A DNA stretch of 64,000 bases, taken from the human T2T-CHM13v2.0 reference genome, Homo sapiens. Every line of letters begins with the position of its first letter. Within the stretch, counting starts at the first letter, position 1. Made by a program: the position numbers and the translations under genes. The notes beneath the pieces were generated by a model. It made no database searches and was not told the DNA's origin. It worked only from the letters and a program-made list of their open reading frames with translations. The stretch lies in NCBI RefSeq assembly GCF_009914755.1, contig NC_060947.1; one strand, written 5' to 3'. This document shows, one piece after another, positions 14,023 through 29,049 of the stretch.

Positions 14023-15781
14023 TAAGTGATAAGAGTCATTTATGTGCTCAGGACACTCCATAGTGTACAGCACCTCATCCCGGCGGGCAGGGGGACCTTT
14101 AAAAATGATTTTCCAACGAGTGGCTGCCTTTGTGCCGATTTCAGGTTTGGCTTTCTTTCACCTTTGCACAGTGCGTCAGCCCCACAGTGGAGGTGAGGAA
14201 CCTTGTGCCTGAACCCTAGGAACGACTGGCACTCACCCTGGCTGCCCCTCCCTTCCAGCCCAGCCCAACCCTGCCGTGCCCTGGGCTTTCACAAGCAGGA
14301 ATTCCAGCCCCAGCCAGGTGCCCTTTCTGAATCACATCAGTGGACCATGACCCAGCTCCCTTGCCTTCTGTGGTAGTTAATTTCCCAGGGGCCTGGTGAC
14401 ACTCTTTCCTGGAGGTGGTCGCATAAACTTTCTCATCTACACTGTGGTACTTTGGGGAAATACTTTTACAGGTTTCTCTTAATGACTCTTTCATTTGGGA
14501 GTGTATGCTCTTAGAGTGAGGTCTGCCTTTGCATTTTGAGGCATTGGAGCAGCACCAAGCTCCTACTAAATGAGTTCTGAAGCAGGTCCCCAGGCTGACA
14601 TGTGTACTTTGGGCTGGTGATCACTATGGTGAGAGGGTATTTCTTTTTTTGCAAACCTCTCCATCCTATTACTGTCATTCTGTCTCCTATGGTCATAGTC
14701 CAAGGGTGCTTAGGAAGCTGATTTCTTTACCTCATCGACTTCCACCCATTAGCGGTGCTAAGGAAAACAAATGGGATTGAAAAGGCAAGTTGCCAGATAC
14801 ATAAAAATAATCTGGGTGAGGACCAAGAGTGAGACTGTCTGTATTCAGCCTGTGTGGAGAGATGTTCTAAAGCTATAAAATCATGGAGGAGGAGGAAGAG
14901 GAGACTGGGAGAGCAATCAGTCTTTTTTAGATTTCAGGCTGTGGAAAACCGGGTGTGTTTTATTCAGGGGCAGTTTTGAAACCTGTCATTAGCATCTTTA
15001 CTGCCTTTATGTTTGTAGAAGGTTATTCTTTGGAGACTTGTGACAGCCTAGCTTGGGGCAGGAGGTTGAGATTATTATCTCCATTTTACAGGCCTGGAGG
15101 GGTTTAGGAATGGCAGGTCATTTGCTTGCAGCCAAAAGATGAATTAGTGCCTGGGTTAGAAAGCAAACTCATCCACCTTGAGGTTGCAAGCTGTCAACCC
15201 CAAAGTGAGGGTGGCAGTGGGTGGTGGGGCAGTCCTGTGGGAAGACTCAGGCAGATGAGCACCACACTGTCTACCCATGGCTTGGATACTTGCTTGCACT
15301 GTGTTCCTAGGAACTCATTTGATTGCAGGCTTCTGGATGTGGTGAATGACCCCAGCCCCTTCCCTTCTTGCAGATATGGTAAGAAGGTATGGATAACTTT
15401 GGAATAAAGTGGCTGTTTTTGATTGGGTGGCTGTAAGCATCGGGGCTGGAGTGGGCAGCATTTTTTAAGAGAGGGCTTCTTGGGAAGTGATGCCATTCAC
15501 AGGAAGTCCAGGGCTGTCCCAGCTAGACCTTCTGTGTAAATTTGAGCCAGTCTTCTTTCTTTCTTTTTTTATGAATGGGCTTTTTGTTAATGATAGGAAA
15601 CAACGCATCTCAGCCGATGCTGTGTGAGGCTGTCGGGACAGGAGTGCTTTTTTAGGATGGCAGGTGGTGAGGGTCAAAGGGTGCATCTTCTACAAAGTGG
15701 TCTTGAGGCCTCTGGCAATCACATATCTAGAAGGTCGACAAAGGACTAAATTCAGCCTGACTGGAGCTGCGGCTGATGTGA

Positions 15782-15789
15782 TGACGTCA
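15782..15789. promoter_or_regulatory. Full palindromic CRE (TGACGTCA)
   Basis: Exact motif match only; function unknown. Confidence 0.35.
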
Positions 15790-18700
15790 AGACTGGCAAC
15801 ACCATGGTTTTTAGAAGCAAGATTTTTAGAGGCTCTCAGAAGACTCTGGAGACCTAGTGCTAGCATTAATTCATTGTATGACTTTGGAGAAAGTACTCTT
15901 CCTGGGCCTCAGTTTGCCTACCTTGTGAAATGAGGCAGAGTTGCCCTCCTAGCTCTTGACAGTCTATGTGATTCTTGTCTCCATAAGTCGTAGATGGGTA
16001 TGCAACAGAGAGCTATTCTGAAATGCTTTTGACCTCCTGTGTGGAAAAAAAGGAAGCTAGTTTCTTCTCTGTGGAAGTCAGGTGGCCAGTTCCCATTCAT
16101 TGTTTTCTCCCTGTGTCTTCCCAGTAAAGTAAACTCAACTGGGCCATGCTTGGGAACTCATGCAGAGGATGATGGCACTTTAGGACTCTGAAGCCTTAGG
16201 ATGGGGGCATGGAACAGAGCCATGCCGAGGAGTTCTTGAGCTCCATCAGAATTATGCTTCTTTGCCCTTTTCCCCTAAATCACTGCTTTGTATCATTTAA
16301 ATAGTAACCCCTGGCATACCAGGAGACCTAGCCTCTGATTAATCCAACTTTCTATACCCTCCATATGGCTTTTCCTGGGAAGCAGGAATGTATGGATTTT
16401 TAAAAGTTGATGAGTCCTAAAAAAAAAAAAATTAACAGCAGATGGTTGGAAATAATTTTCTGTCTTGGTTGCAGCAATGACCAATGATAGTATGTATACC
16501 CAGAATACCATAATACCTTGCATTTATCTAACAATTACTGTTTATAAGATACTTTCATATACATTGTTACTTTTAGCTTAGGCCTGGAGAAAGGGATGTT
16601 AAAATGTTTCCTGCAACAGTGTATATTCCAAAGAGGAGATACTATGTACAAAGAAATGTTTGGCAAGTGAACTAGCTGAATTAGGCTATGTTGTAGTGGC
16701 AAATTCTGTGGAATTTAGAAGTCCTAGCAAGGAAAGAGAGATATTAGCTGAAGTGAAAGGGATAGCTTAGCAGAGACATGTCTGATATGTGTCTCTCAAC
16801 AGGATGACTCAGTTTTGGCTTTATAAAAAGGCCTTCTTCCTCAGAGAGTCAGTGTAAGTTTGTAACAAGGGAGGTATTGCTTTAGGCCAGGAAATAGATA
16901 AGTTGGAGGGAAATTGGTTAGTCTCCGCATCTCTCATTTTTCAGTCTGCAACATATTCATTCCCAAGGCCTTGTTACACAGGCTCTCATCATAGCCATGC
17001 TGCCTTTGAGTGACTGCCAACTGTAGTAGCATAAGGAAGGGCAGTACTTGTGTCCAAGTTCTGTTATTGATTAATATTCGTCCTGTCAGATTTCATTTTG
17101 GCCTTGTCTGATTTCTCAAACGTGTCCTGGGACTGTAGACTGATACAGGCATGTATGGTTGACCTAGCACTATCTCACAGCTAAGCCTCCAGCCAGAGAT
17201 ATTTGAGTGTTCTCAAGATCAGCAAGCACCAAGGTTACCACATGGTTGCTAAACCCCTTGCTAAATATCACTGGTGTCTATCAATTATACCAATAAGTAT
17301 TTCTTCAAGCATGGCCAGTCCCTTTTTGCTTATGATTTTGGCAGGTATGGGTGACAGGGAGTGAATTTATGGAGTGACTGTACTGTTTACCAAAAATCAC
17401 CCAGTAAGTTAGTGGCACAGGTGGCTTTAGAACTGAGCTGCCACAGTGGGAATCTGGCTTAGCAGGAAGAGATTCTCATAGCTATTTAAGTCTTAAAAAT
17501 CTACAGTTTCTCAGCAGAAGGGTTAAAATGCTAGATAGTTTGACTGATTGTTGTAAAGACTGGTGGTCTTAATTTAGTGGCCCTTTACCCTCCTTGAGTC
17601 CAGTTATATTTGTCTTAGAAACTTAAGAAAAAGATCCCATTTGGGATGTCTTGTTTAATTGTCCAATTCCTGTTGGTTCTGTATGTGTCTGTGCCAACAT
17701 CTCCTGATTAGGCACAGAACTTAGTGGGGTGAAGCATATGCAGTTTAACCCTCCATGTCTATGCGCATAAGGCAGGCTGTATCCAGGCTGGATATTTGGC
17801 AAAGAATAATTGGTGCTGTTGACCCCTTAGTCCCAAGCTGTTGGTTTTTAGTGAGTAACACTGAATCCCATCCTTTTTTAGAGTTGCTGTAGCTATTTGA
17901 TTTTTTGTCTTCTTTACAATATATTAGAAATCTAACTTCAACCAAATATGGCTTACCCGCTTTTGGTTCACTGTTTGATTTTCTTACTTCCTCTCTCCTT
18001 GCTAAAAGTGTAGAATGACACACACTCAGAAAGTCCTGAGCTTTTTGTGAAACCCCTTGCAACTCACTGAATACACACTGTTGCATTCCGGTTGTTATGT
18101 GATGAATTTGTTTTAGAGAAGACCTGATGGATTTGAGAAACTTGGCTTTCTGTTTTCCCCCTTGACTTCACACCAGACACACCTCCTCATTCTCCATCTG
18201 TTGTCTGGAGCATTGATTATCATTCCTGCTTGGAATTGAAGTTGGTGGGTAATGGGTACAATAAGGGATCCAGCCATCTGCTGACAGCTTATCAGATGGA
18301 CTGCGTCCTGTGTCATCAGTCCAGGGGGATACAAGGGGATGATGTTTATATGGGCCTCACTAGTGAGGCATGACATTCCTTTTTAGTTTGTTTCTCCCCC
18401 CAAGGAAATTTGCAGAGAATTTTTCCATCTTTCATTGTTACAGTCATTGGGGGTGTCCATATAAAGAGAGGTGCTGTGGATTGGTGAATTAAACAACCCA
18501 CAGGCAGCCCCAGGATTTAAAATTATGATGCTAGTTTTGCTCATGGCTTGCTACAGGAACCTCAGCAAACTATTTAACCTTTTCCTATCTCAGTCTTCTC
18601 TGTGAAACGGGCCACATGGAAATGAAGCATTTGAATTCTCTGAATAATTATGTGGTCACTTAAACAGAGAAGCTGGGCAAAGCTGGTCAAAGATGGCAGA

Positions 18701-19540
18701 TGACCAATACAGTTTCAACTTCAGACTCAGAAACCGACAAAGCTCAACTCCTTATACCTTTCTTGATAGCTTCTAGAAGGCATTCCTCTAATCATTTTTG
18801 TTACTTTTCTCTGGATCCTTGCCTGTGTCTGGATACCTTTCTGATGCATGGCATATAAAACTGGACACTAACTCTTACCAGAGGTCCAGCCTACACCAAG
18901 CAGAGAGGAAGTATTTTTTTCCCAGTCTTTTCATGCCTTGCACCTGTTAATACAACTCAGCTTGCTTTTAAATAACAGTATGTTGCTGGCCCCTACTCAG
19001 TGGATGATCCACAAGCTCACAGAATTTTTATTCCTTTGCCACAGATGGGCCACCTTCTTCTCAGTCTTTGTGAGACTTGTTTTTAGTTTCCTCCCCCTCT
19101 GTAAATACTCCCCTGAAGATTCTCCTCTACGAAACCTTTCCATAGGAGCCTGACCTGACTCCAGTAACACTTTTTGTCCTTTCCCAGCCGTCTGAATACA
19201 TGTCAGAATGTTGGGCTCTTTAATGAATACCTTTGTATGCATGTAGGTAATCTGGTGTTTGGCCAGATCATTTTTTTTTGTTTGTTTGTTTTTTGTTTTT
19301 TGTTTTTGCATGTTTCTTTAATGTTTCTCCACCATTAGTGGGAACACTTTTTTAAAGTAAAGGAGTAGTGGATTTTTCCTTTGTAACTCCTTGCAGAGCT
19401 GAATATAATACTGTATATGCACATTAATTGTTTAATGTGTACCTGGATAATGGTGACTGAATGATTGATGGAACTGACTTTTTGCTTTCCTTTTTTCTTT
19501 CTCCACTGGTGGCCCTATGTTCCTATTAAGAGAATCTTCC

Positions 19541-19891
<351 letters not shown>

Positions 19892-20279
19892 TCACACATC
19901 TTTTTGTAGAATTTCCATCACAAAGAATGGTTATTAGAATCTCTACTCTTGGCCCAAAGTGTCTGTTTGCTTTTCTCCCAATCAGGAAATCACACTGTTG
20001 GATCTTGATCTTAATCTCTTGGACATGCCAACTTTCTTGCTTCTTAATATCATATAAATAAAAAATGTTATTAAGCCAGAGACTTACTTTTCCTTTTTCT
20101 CCCCTCTTCTCTTTTTCAGTGGATACCTCATTGTTATGCCTCATTGAAATGAAGAGCTAGGTTTCTCTGCTTCTCCTGGTCTTTCATATATTTTGTTAAA
20201 TTGAGAATGTCTTGTCTCACGTGCTCCTCTCCTGCCAGGAACTGGCTGAGTGAATGCGAAGAGACTCTGGATGTGGAAA

Positions 20280-20460
20280 GCGGTGATTGTCAAACTTTAT
20301 TTGTAAAAGAGTCTCTTGGAAGCTTGTTATAATGCGGATACCTTGTTCTCTACATGGTGATTCTGAGCGGGTCTAGGGTGAGGATTGGAATCTGCATTTA
20401 TACTCGCTCTTGGGTGATTCTAATGCTGGTCAGCCTTGGACCCCACTTTTAGAGACATTA
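20280..20460. mobile_element. MER5-like DNA transposon, copy 1
   Basis: gattctgag..ggtctagggtgagg..ggaatctgcattt..ggtgattctaatgc..ccacttt. Confidence 0.75.
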
Positions 20461-20889
20461 TCTAGTGGCTGAAGTAATTAGGTGGGAAGTTGGTTTCAGT
20501 GCCCATCCTAATTGAGCATGAGTCTGGGTGATCTGTGGGCAAGGCATTAAGTGTTCTGGCACCATCTCAATACCTGTTAAATAGTGTGATTCAGATTAGA
20601 GGATGAGGGCCCCAAGTTATTGTGAAGAGGGTTTTAAGGTAGCTGTAGAGTTCCACTGGCTTGTTTGGTGACTGTTAGTTATGTCAATGGAGTATTTCAA
20701 CCAGGCCACCTTTATTACCTTCCAGTGATATATGGAATATATCCCTCCAGTCCTTCTATATCCCCCCGCTTTCCAGTCTCTAAGATCTGCAGGGACTAAC
20801 AAGAGGGAATGTTGACACATGGTTTGTTGTATGCTAACTCTCTGTTTGCAGGACTGTTGTTTTAGATGTTCGTGGGAGTTTATTCTTTC

Positions 20890-21380
20890 TTGCGTTCACT
20901 CAACAGATATTTATCGAATGCCTATTGTGTGCCAAACATTGGTGCCAGGTATTGGAGATTCAAAGAGAAATAAGAAGCAGTCATTGTTGATGTACTTTCA
21001 AAAACAAAACCAAAAACAAAAAAAAAAGAAGAAGTAGCCTTTGCCTTCATTTTGTTCACAGTTTTGATGAGATGGACAAGGAAATAGATCAACTAAATTA
21101 CAACATTACATGTATAGTAACAGATTTGAACAAAGCATAGGGGACAGGGGTCTTTTTTTTTCCTAATGCAATTAAGGAAAGCTTCCTAGAAGAGGTGGCA
21201 TTTGAGCTGGCTCATGTTAGCTCCATGAAAGCAAGGACCCTTGGTTTTTGTTCTCTTAGTGCCTAGAACAGGGACTGGCTCTAGTAGGTGCTCAATAAAT
21301 GTATTTGAATGCGTAGGAATTCATTGGGTGATGGAGGAAGGAAAGCAATTCTAGGCATAAGAAACAATAAGTGCAAAGGC
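20890..21380. mobile_element. L2 fragments
   Basis: ttcactcaacagatatttat..tgcctattgtgtgcca; ggaaagcttcctagaagaggtggcatttgagctg. Confidence 0.7.
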
Positions 21381-21466
21381 TATGTGCTATCTCCCCATTT
21401 CTCCTATTTAATATCTATTCACTTACCCAGGGTTCAAGTAGACAGGAAGAGGATGGATGTGGAGAG

Positions 21467-21645
21467 CAGTGATTATCAAACTTTATTTGTGAAAGAATCC
21501 CTTGGAAGCTTGTTATAATGTAGATGTCTAGCTCTCTTCATAGCAATTCTGAGCAGGTCTAGGATGAGGATGGGAATCTGCATTTATAAGAAACTCCCAG
21601 ATGATTCTAATGCCTGTGAGCCTTTGACCTCACTTTGAGAGATCC
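21467..21645. mobile_element. MER5-like DNA transposon, copy 2
   Basis: Same motifs as copy 1. Confidence 0.75.
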
Positions 21646-23479
21646 TACCATAAGTTCGCAGAGTTGCTTCCTCCTTCACAGAAAAGTGTCTCAACTGTAA
21701 CCTGGAATTATTTGCTTATTATTATCAGGGGTAGATGTCTTACTTCTCCCTTGGCCAACTAAGTGAAACTCTAGGAATGCTCTGTCATTTCTAGGCTGTT
21801 GATAAACGACCTGCAGATGCCCTTGAATCCTCGATAGGGGATGAGATAGAAAATTGTGTTCTCTGTGCTGTCCCAAGGAGGGCCCACACTGTCAACAACA
21901 GAGGCACAGAACATTGGGGTAAGTGAACAGACATTAAATGTGAGAAATAAGGAGATAGCAGGCATCCCACCTGCAACCAGTAGATGCTTTTTAGTGGCTT
22001 GTGGATGGTTGCTGCTCTAAAGTCCACAGCAGCACTAATGAAGTGTGGTGCCATCTTTCTACCTTTCTTTTTCATATCTCTTCTTCCCTGTTTCCAAGTC
22101 TGTCCACCTGATCCACCCCACACAAGTTCCAAAACAATCCTTTCTATAATTCAAAATGCCCATCTCATCAGAGGAGATGATAGCCATGGGGGATTAGGAA
22201 GAAAGCAGTTTTATTTCAGAGGTTCATACTGAAATGTGAGTGGACAGACTCCACTGGGCGTCAGGGAGAGGATGAGTTTTAAAAAAGGGCCTTGTTACCC
22301 TAACATTATATCTAATTGGTAGACTGTGTCTAGTGTTTTTAAGCAGATGTCCTTTCTCATGTGCCTTGCTCAGGTTTTGGCCTCTTCTCTCCCGCTAAAG
22401 CCCCTGATCAGGAGAACTGGAGTTATCCATGCCTTGCCACCCTACATGCTGACCCCCAGGGTTTCATATTAATGTAAATCTCCCTCCACAGTGCTTGGAT
22501 GCAGCAGTTAATCTGAAGGCCTGGCGAGGACCCCTCTTCTGGGCACCAGTCAGTCCTCTGTGTTTACTCAGCTCTTTCCTGGCTACACAGGGCAGCGCTT
22601 GCACATCTGTCAGTTCATGGGCATCAAGGCACTTGGACCTGTTACCAGCATGAGATCCTGAAGGGAAGGGTTTGGGGGATCTCTTGATTGGTTTTGGTTC
22701 CCGTCTAGTAGCTGCTGGAGGAAATGGCAGAGGGAGGAAGGATAATATGAGTTTTATTCTGAGCTGGGTGGTGTTGAGGGAAGGGAATGGATTGCAGGAG
22801 CCAGGAGGTCAGACAGGATTGGCCTGTTTGGCGAAAACAGTGCAAGCTCTGCCCTGTGGCCATGTGTTTAGGTGGGTAGGAGAGGGAGGAGTGAGATCAT
22901 CTGGAGGGGAAAGGAAGCATGGTACCATCCTAATTCTAGCCCAGTGCCTTCAGTCTCCTCATGTCCATCACATGCCAGTATTGGTATAAAGTCAGGGTGT
23001 ATTTTGCCTGTGAATTGAATTGTCTTTGCCAATCGACCAGCTGTGTTTGCAGAAAGACTCTGACTGACTGTGTTCTGGCTGTTGCTAGCAAAGAGACATT
23101 TCATTCAGGTGCTGATTAAATAAGGTGCAGAGCCAGATTGCACATTAAGGCCCTTAACTATGGCTCTGGGAGTCCTGGGTAAACACTTATTAGATGTTCT
23201 GGGCAGAGCACAAAAAGGCTGGTAGTCAGGTGTTCTCTTCAGAAATCAGGTTGAAGGAAAATGGGGTAAAGAGAGACTTCTATAAAGAGTTTTGATCTTC
23301 TTTTCTTAACATTAATCAGATCTGAGTGGCTGGTGTGTACACATCAGGGCCAGATAAGTTTCCTCATTGGCATTTACTTGCCAAATTCTTGCTGGGACAT
23401 TGTAGGCTTGGACTGGGATACAGCGGGGATCCTGACTTAAGTAGGGCAGTAGGAATGCTTCATTTTCCTAATGCAAGTT

Positions 23480-23970
23480 CAGCTTGGTGGATAGAGCCTT
23501 TGGACCATATTTCCTGGGTTTGGGTTTGAGCTCCATCACCATGTAACCTTAGGCATGTTACTTAGCTGCATCTGTAAAATGGGAATAATAATAGGGTTGT
23601 TGTGAGGGTTAAATAAAATAATTTAAATCAAGTATTTAGCAGAATTTCTGGCTTATTGTGTGCACTAAATAAATGTTAGCAGTTTTTAATAGTAATAGTA
23701 TTACTTAACATTTCAAGATCATAGTGGTGTATTGGGTAAGAGTACAGGCTCTAGGGTGGTAAAAGCCTAGATTCAAATTCTACCACTAGCTCTGTAACCG
23801 TGGGCAAATTACTTAACCTCTCTGAGCCTGTGTTCCCACATTCATAAAATGATATGATCAAACTTGAACATTACCAGAGTTGTTGTGAGGATTAAGTGAG
23901 AAAAATGAGAAAATATTAATAAAGCATTTAAGATAGTATCTGGCACATAAGACACATTCAATACATTTAA
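23480..23970 (+). mobile_element. Two tandem MIRs
   Basis: Two MIR cores (catctgtaaaatgggaataat; gggcaaattacttaacctctctgagcct). Confidence 0.8.
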
Positions 23971-24030
23971 ATGATGATGATGATGATGATGACGATGATG
24001 TCGGCAACTAAGATGGTGAGGGTGATGATG
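23971..24030. repeat. (ATG)n repeat
   Basis: Directly visible. Confidence 0.85.
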
Positions 24031-25377
24031 ACAGTCATCATCATTCTCACTATGGCTGCTGCTTCGAGCCTGGGTGCCTGTTGTTGCAATAAGATGGTAG
24101 GGATTTGATACAGGAAAGCTTTTCCAAGAAAATCTTCCCTGGCATCATAATTTCATGCAGTGGGCAAAGGTATTGGTTCCATGAAGTTAGCACCCATGTA
24201 ATAATTTCTGCGGGACAGGGTTGTTTGGCTGTTTGAGGCTTAAGGACGTGTTTGTGGGTAATGTGAAGGTACTTTAAATTATCCAGTCCTTTCTGGGTGA
24301 CTGGGTGATTCTGTTTAAAATGGCAACTCTTCTTACATCTCTAAGATTTAAAGAATTTAGAAGGTGGCTCTCATTGTTAGGAAGCTTAGCTTTCCGGGGA
24401 CCTATTGGCTTAATTATTATTGCTCTTTATCAATGGGCTGGCTCCATGGTGCAAACTCTCTTGAGATTGGTAGTCTAGGAAACCAGTGAGTTTGTGACAG
24501 AAGTATGAAAGGAGTGAGCTTGGGGGAATGGGGTGGGCATAGACTGGTGAATGGGTTTTTTTTTTTGGTTGTTTCTTTTTTTTTTTTTTTTTTTTTACTT
24601 TTTCATTTATTTCTTTTGATTAAGGGGAGTGCAACTTTCTCCAGTGCCAACTATTACCAGAGCTGGGTAACTGTTGGAAGAGAAAGGGCCACCCCCAGAG
24701 CTCCTGGGTGAAAGGCAGGTTCAAGTGAACAAGTATCTTAGCTGAAGGAGAAGCACAGTATAGTGGAAACTGTGCTGCTTTCAGGAGAAGACTTCACTGT
24801 GCCTTGGCTTTTTGCATCAGCAAATGGACAGAAAAAAACCAATTATTCTTACATCTCCGGGATATGGTAATCCTCTCTCCTTAAGACCAGCTCTCCTCCT
24901 TTTCAAGACTTTGCTCTGGGGCCTCGTTTTCAAGACTGAGGTCTGGGGCCTAAGCCACCAATCACTAGAGAAGGATCCCCTTAAGAGCAGCCTTCTGGGG
25001 CCTAGACCTTGATCATGTGATTTCAGGCCTTGGGATGTGGGGGGTGTGCTGTATCCTGCCAAGGCCATTGGAAGGCCTCTGGGCATATTCCCAAGCATTG
25101 TGGGTAAGAAGGCTGTTTCTTAGTCTTGGAGGTGGGAGAATTGAGAAAGCTAAGGTCATGTTTTCTATAACCTGGTTCCTGGAAGAGGAGCTGGTTTAGA
25201 GGGCATTTCTAAACAAACAGCAACCCAAATAAACAGCAGCGCTTGGAAATTAGTTATGAAAGTTCACACATTCTAAGACCTAGGGAAGATTGTAACAAAG
25301 GGTCCTCTTCATATCAGCACTTGTTCATTATTGGTTTGCATTTGTTAAGAGTTTCCTTTTTTAAGTTCCAGGAACTT

Positions 25378-25379
<2 letters not shown>

Positions 25380-25415
<36 letters not shown>
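25380..25415. repeat. (TG)n(CG)n microsatellite
   Basis: Directly visible. Confidence 0.9.
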
Positions 25416-26489
25416 CTGTCACTTTATTCTCTGCACCCTGCAGGAATGTTGCTCAGAGTCATGTGCACAAGTGCCTCATTATCAGCAGCGCTTTCACACT
25501 TGGTCCCTTGGGCTGCCACTGCTACTGGCTGCTGCTTCATGTGGGTATTTCTACCTATTTCCTGGAGCCCCAGCCCCACAGGGAATGTTGGCACCCTGAG
25601 GAAAGGGACCGCCTCTACATTTGGATCTCCCTTCTGCTGCAGGGCAGCTGACTTTACTCTGCTTTCAAGTTCACCTTTCCTCAGAATAGCCCTGCAAGCT
25701 AGCACCAAGCCAAGGTTATGTTTCCTTGCTTGCATGTGGGGTTTCTGGCCAGTCAGCCAAGTGAACTGATTGACCCCCAGCCCTGTGGGGAATTTCAGGG
25801 GGGTATTGTCTTGGTCATCGGAGTCAGGGGTGGCCTTTAGGCCAAGGCTGCATTAGCTTTGTGGAGAAGAATGTGAAGCCCGCCGTGTCACAGGGTCTCC
25901 TGACCGGCTGGGTAGTGTTTGGCCATATCTCACAGCCAGTGCTGTGTTTGCTCAGATGGACGCACATGGAAACCAGGCTAGGATCATCTTCCCAAATGTC
26001 TTACTCCCTGCTTTGGGTCTGTCCTGAAAAACAATTTGCAAAGTACATTGTGGTCTGCACCTGTTGTTTTTTCATCCCCCTTTTCCACAGTCAGTTTGCA
26101 GTGAATGGAGGATTAATCCTGGCTCTTGCCACTTGTATTTTCTCTTTCCCTTCTTTCCTTGACGTTGGGTTCTTGCTTTTCAGTTATAACTGTCTGTGGA
26201 CATTAAGGACAGCTGGTGCCCCTGATCATTTAGGACCTCCCTTAGGCCTTTAAAACGCTGGAAATGTGTAACAGGGCCAGATGGGCAAAAAAGAGTCGAA
26301 TTTAGGAGAAAACTCACTATAATTTCTGGTTATCTTTGTACACTCTCAGAAAAGTGAGGAGTGGTAGTAATAACACTTGTAACATTTTTGAATACACGTT
26401 AATTATGCTTTAGGCATGGTGCTTAGTCTACTGCCTGTGTATTACCTCATTTGCAGCCTTCCAGAAAGGTTGTTTTTTGTTTCATGTAA

Positions 26490-26785
26490 TTTTTTTTTTT
26501 TTTGAAACAACGTCTTGCTCTGTTGCTCAGGCTGGAGTGTAGTGGTATGAATATGGCTCACTGCAGCCTTGACCCCTTGGGCTCAAGCGATCCTCTTGAC
26601 TCAGCCTCCCAAGTAGCTGGAACCACAGGCACGCATCACCACGCCCAGCTAATGTTTTTGTTTTTTGTAGAGATGGGGTCTTGCCATGTTGCTTAGGCTG
26701 GTCTTGAATTCCTGGGCTCAAGCGATTCTTCTGCATCAGCCTCCCAAAGTGCTGGGATTATAGGAGTGAGCCACCACACCTGGCC
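26490..26785 (-). mobile_element. AluJ
   Basis: Poly(T) followed by a diverged antisense Alu. Confidence 0.92.
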
Positions 26786-26899
26786 TGTTTTATCTAATTC
26801 TTCTTTTCTTTGCTTCTAGCTGATTTCCCCTTTGGTAGACTATAGGCACTGGATGTTCTAGCTGTACTTTCTCAGGTTGTTAAAATGGCAGAGTGATAC

Positions 26900-27070
26900 C
26901 AAATCAGAGCTGAAAGAAACCTCTGAGAACAACTAATTTGTTTCTTTTTGATCCCTTGTTTTCCAGATGAGCAAACTGAGACCCAGAGAGGTGAAGTGAT
27001 TTGCCCAAAGTCACACAGCTAAATAGAAGCAGAGCTGAGTCTCCTGACTCCCATTTCAATATCTCTCTAT
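26900..27070 (-). mobile_element. MIR
   Basis: cagatgagcaaactgagacccagagaggtgaagtgatttgcccaaagtcacacagc. Confidence 0.8.
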
Positions 27071-27101
27071 AATACCACACATGGCCTCCTTCTATCCTTA
27101 A

Positions 27102-27737
<636 letters not shown>

Positions 27738-28129
27738 TAGCAACTGTTTTTTTCAATTTACTTTCCTGCCCTTGCTTCCTGTCTTCCACAGAGGAGTCTG
27801 GCCCTGGTGTCACCATTACTTGCTGTTTGCCCTGGACAGACAGTTCACAGGGATGTGTGTGCTCACTGAGCCTGCATGTAGAGCCAGTATGGGTTGCTTG
27901 CAGATGTTGGTTGTTTGGAAATGGGACCCACTCAGCTGTGGATATAACTGAGGCCATCATTTCCTGCCTCCAAATAGAGGCCTGCATCTAATCCTAGTAA
28001 ACAGTTGTATGGGGCTCCAGGGCAAGGGATCAAAATTAGAACCTTAGTCTAGCAGAGGTGACAAAGGCCAAAGAAGAAAAACGTCAGAATAATCTGTCAG
28101 CCCAGTAGTAGAGGTTAGTTCATCTTGGT

Positions 28130-28770
28130 TGAGTAGTAGAAACAGCACTGGATTAAGGGTTAGCCAGACCTGGGTCCTGGTTGTAGGTTCATCACTAGCT
28201 GGTTGACAAAACTGAGTAATTTTGGCCATTCAGGTAGCCTCTCTGTGCCTCAGTCTTCTTATATAATAAGAAATAGAGTGTGGTAGTTAAAAGTGCAGGC
28301 TCTGGAGCCAGACTAGTCAGGTTCAAATCCCAGTTCTGCTGCTTTCTAGCTGTGCAACTCTGGGAAAGTTAATTGACATATCTAGGCATGGTTTTTGATT
28401 TGTTTTGTTTTATTTTGTTTGAGGTCTTCCAAGTTCATTATTTTTCTTGTTTATTGCTAGACCAGTATACCTAAAGCCTCTGGGTCTGTTTTCTTATCTG
28501 CAAAATGGGGATTAATAGTAGTATCTACTTTATGGGGTTCTTGTAAGAATTAAATGCATGACTACATGTGAAGTGTTTAGAATAGTGGTGCATGGCAAGT
28601 GTTTAATAAATATGAGTATGGCTGTTATCATCTGTAAGACAGAGATGATCTTTGCCCTTCTTACCTTATAGGGTAAATATGAGAATCAAGTCAAATAAGG
28701 TATGTGAATGTGCTGTGAATATATGAATGTGCTGTGAATATAAGAAAGTGCTATCAAAATGAGAACAATC
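28130..28770 (+). mobile_element. Nested MIR fragments
   Basis: Several MIR cores (ggctctggagccagac..ggttcaaatcccagttctgc; tctgcaaaatgggga). Confidence 0.75.
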
Positions 28771-29049
28771 ATCATGTCTTGAGAGCAGGAACATTTAAAC
28801 ATTCCCTAGGCCACCTGTTTCTAGAATCAGATATTGATGTTATTTCCTTGGTAGCCTGGCAAAAGGGAGAAAGGTAGGTTTGTATGTAGGGTTATATAAA
28901 TGCTGGGGCCATCAAGCAATGTAGATCCTGCTTTTTTCTTCCCAGTGTACTCAAGAGGGCTTGAAAGCCATGCATCCTAAGTAAAGTGGTTGGGGGATTT
29001 GGAATGAAACAGTATCATCTGCCATGATACTGTTCCTTCAGTACTCTTA

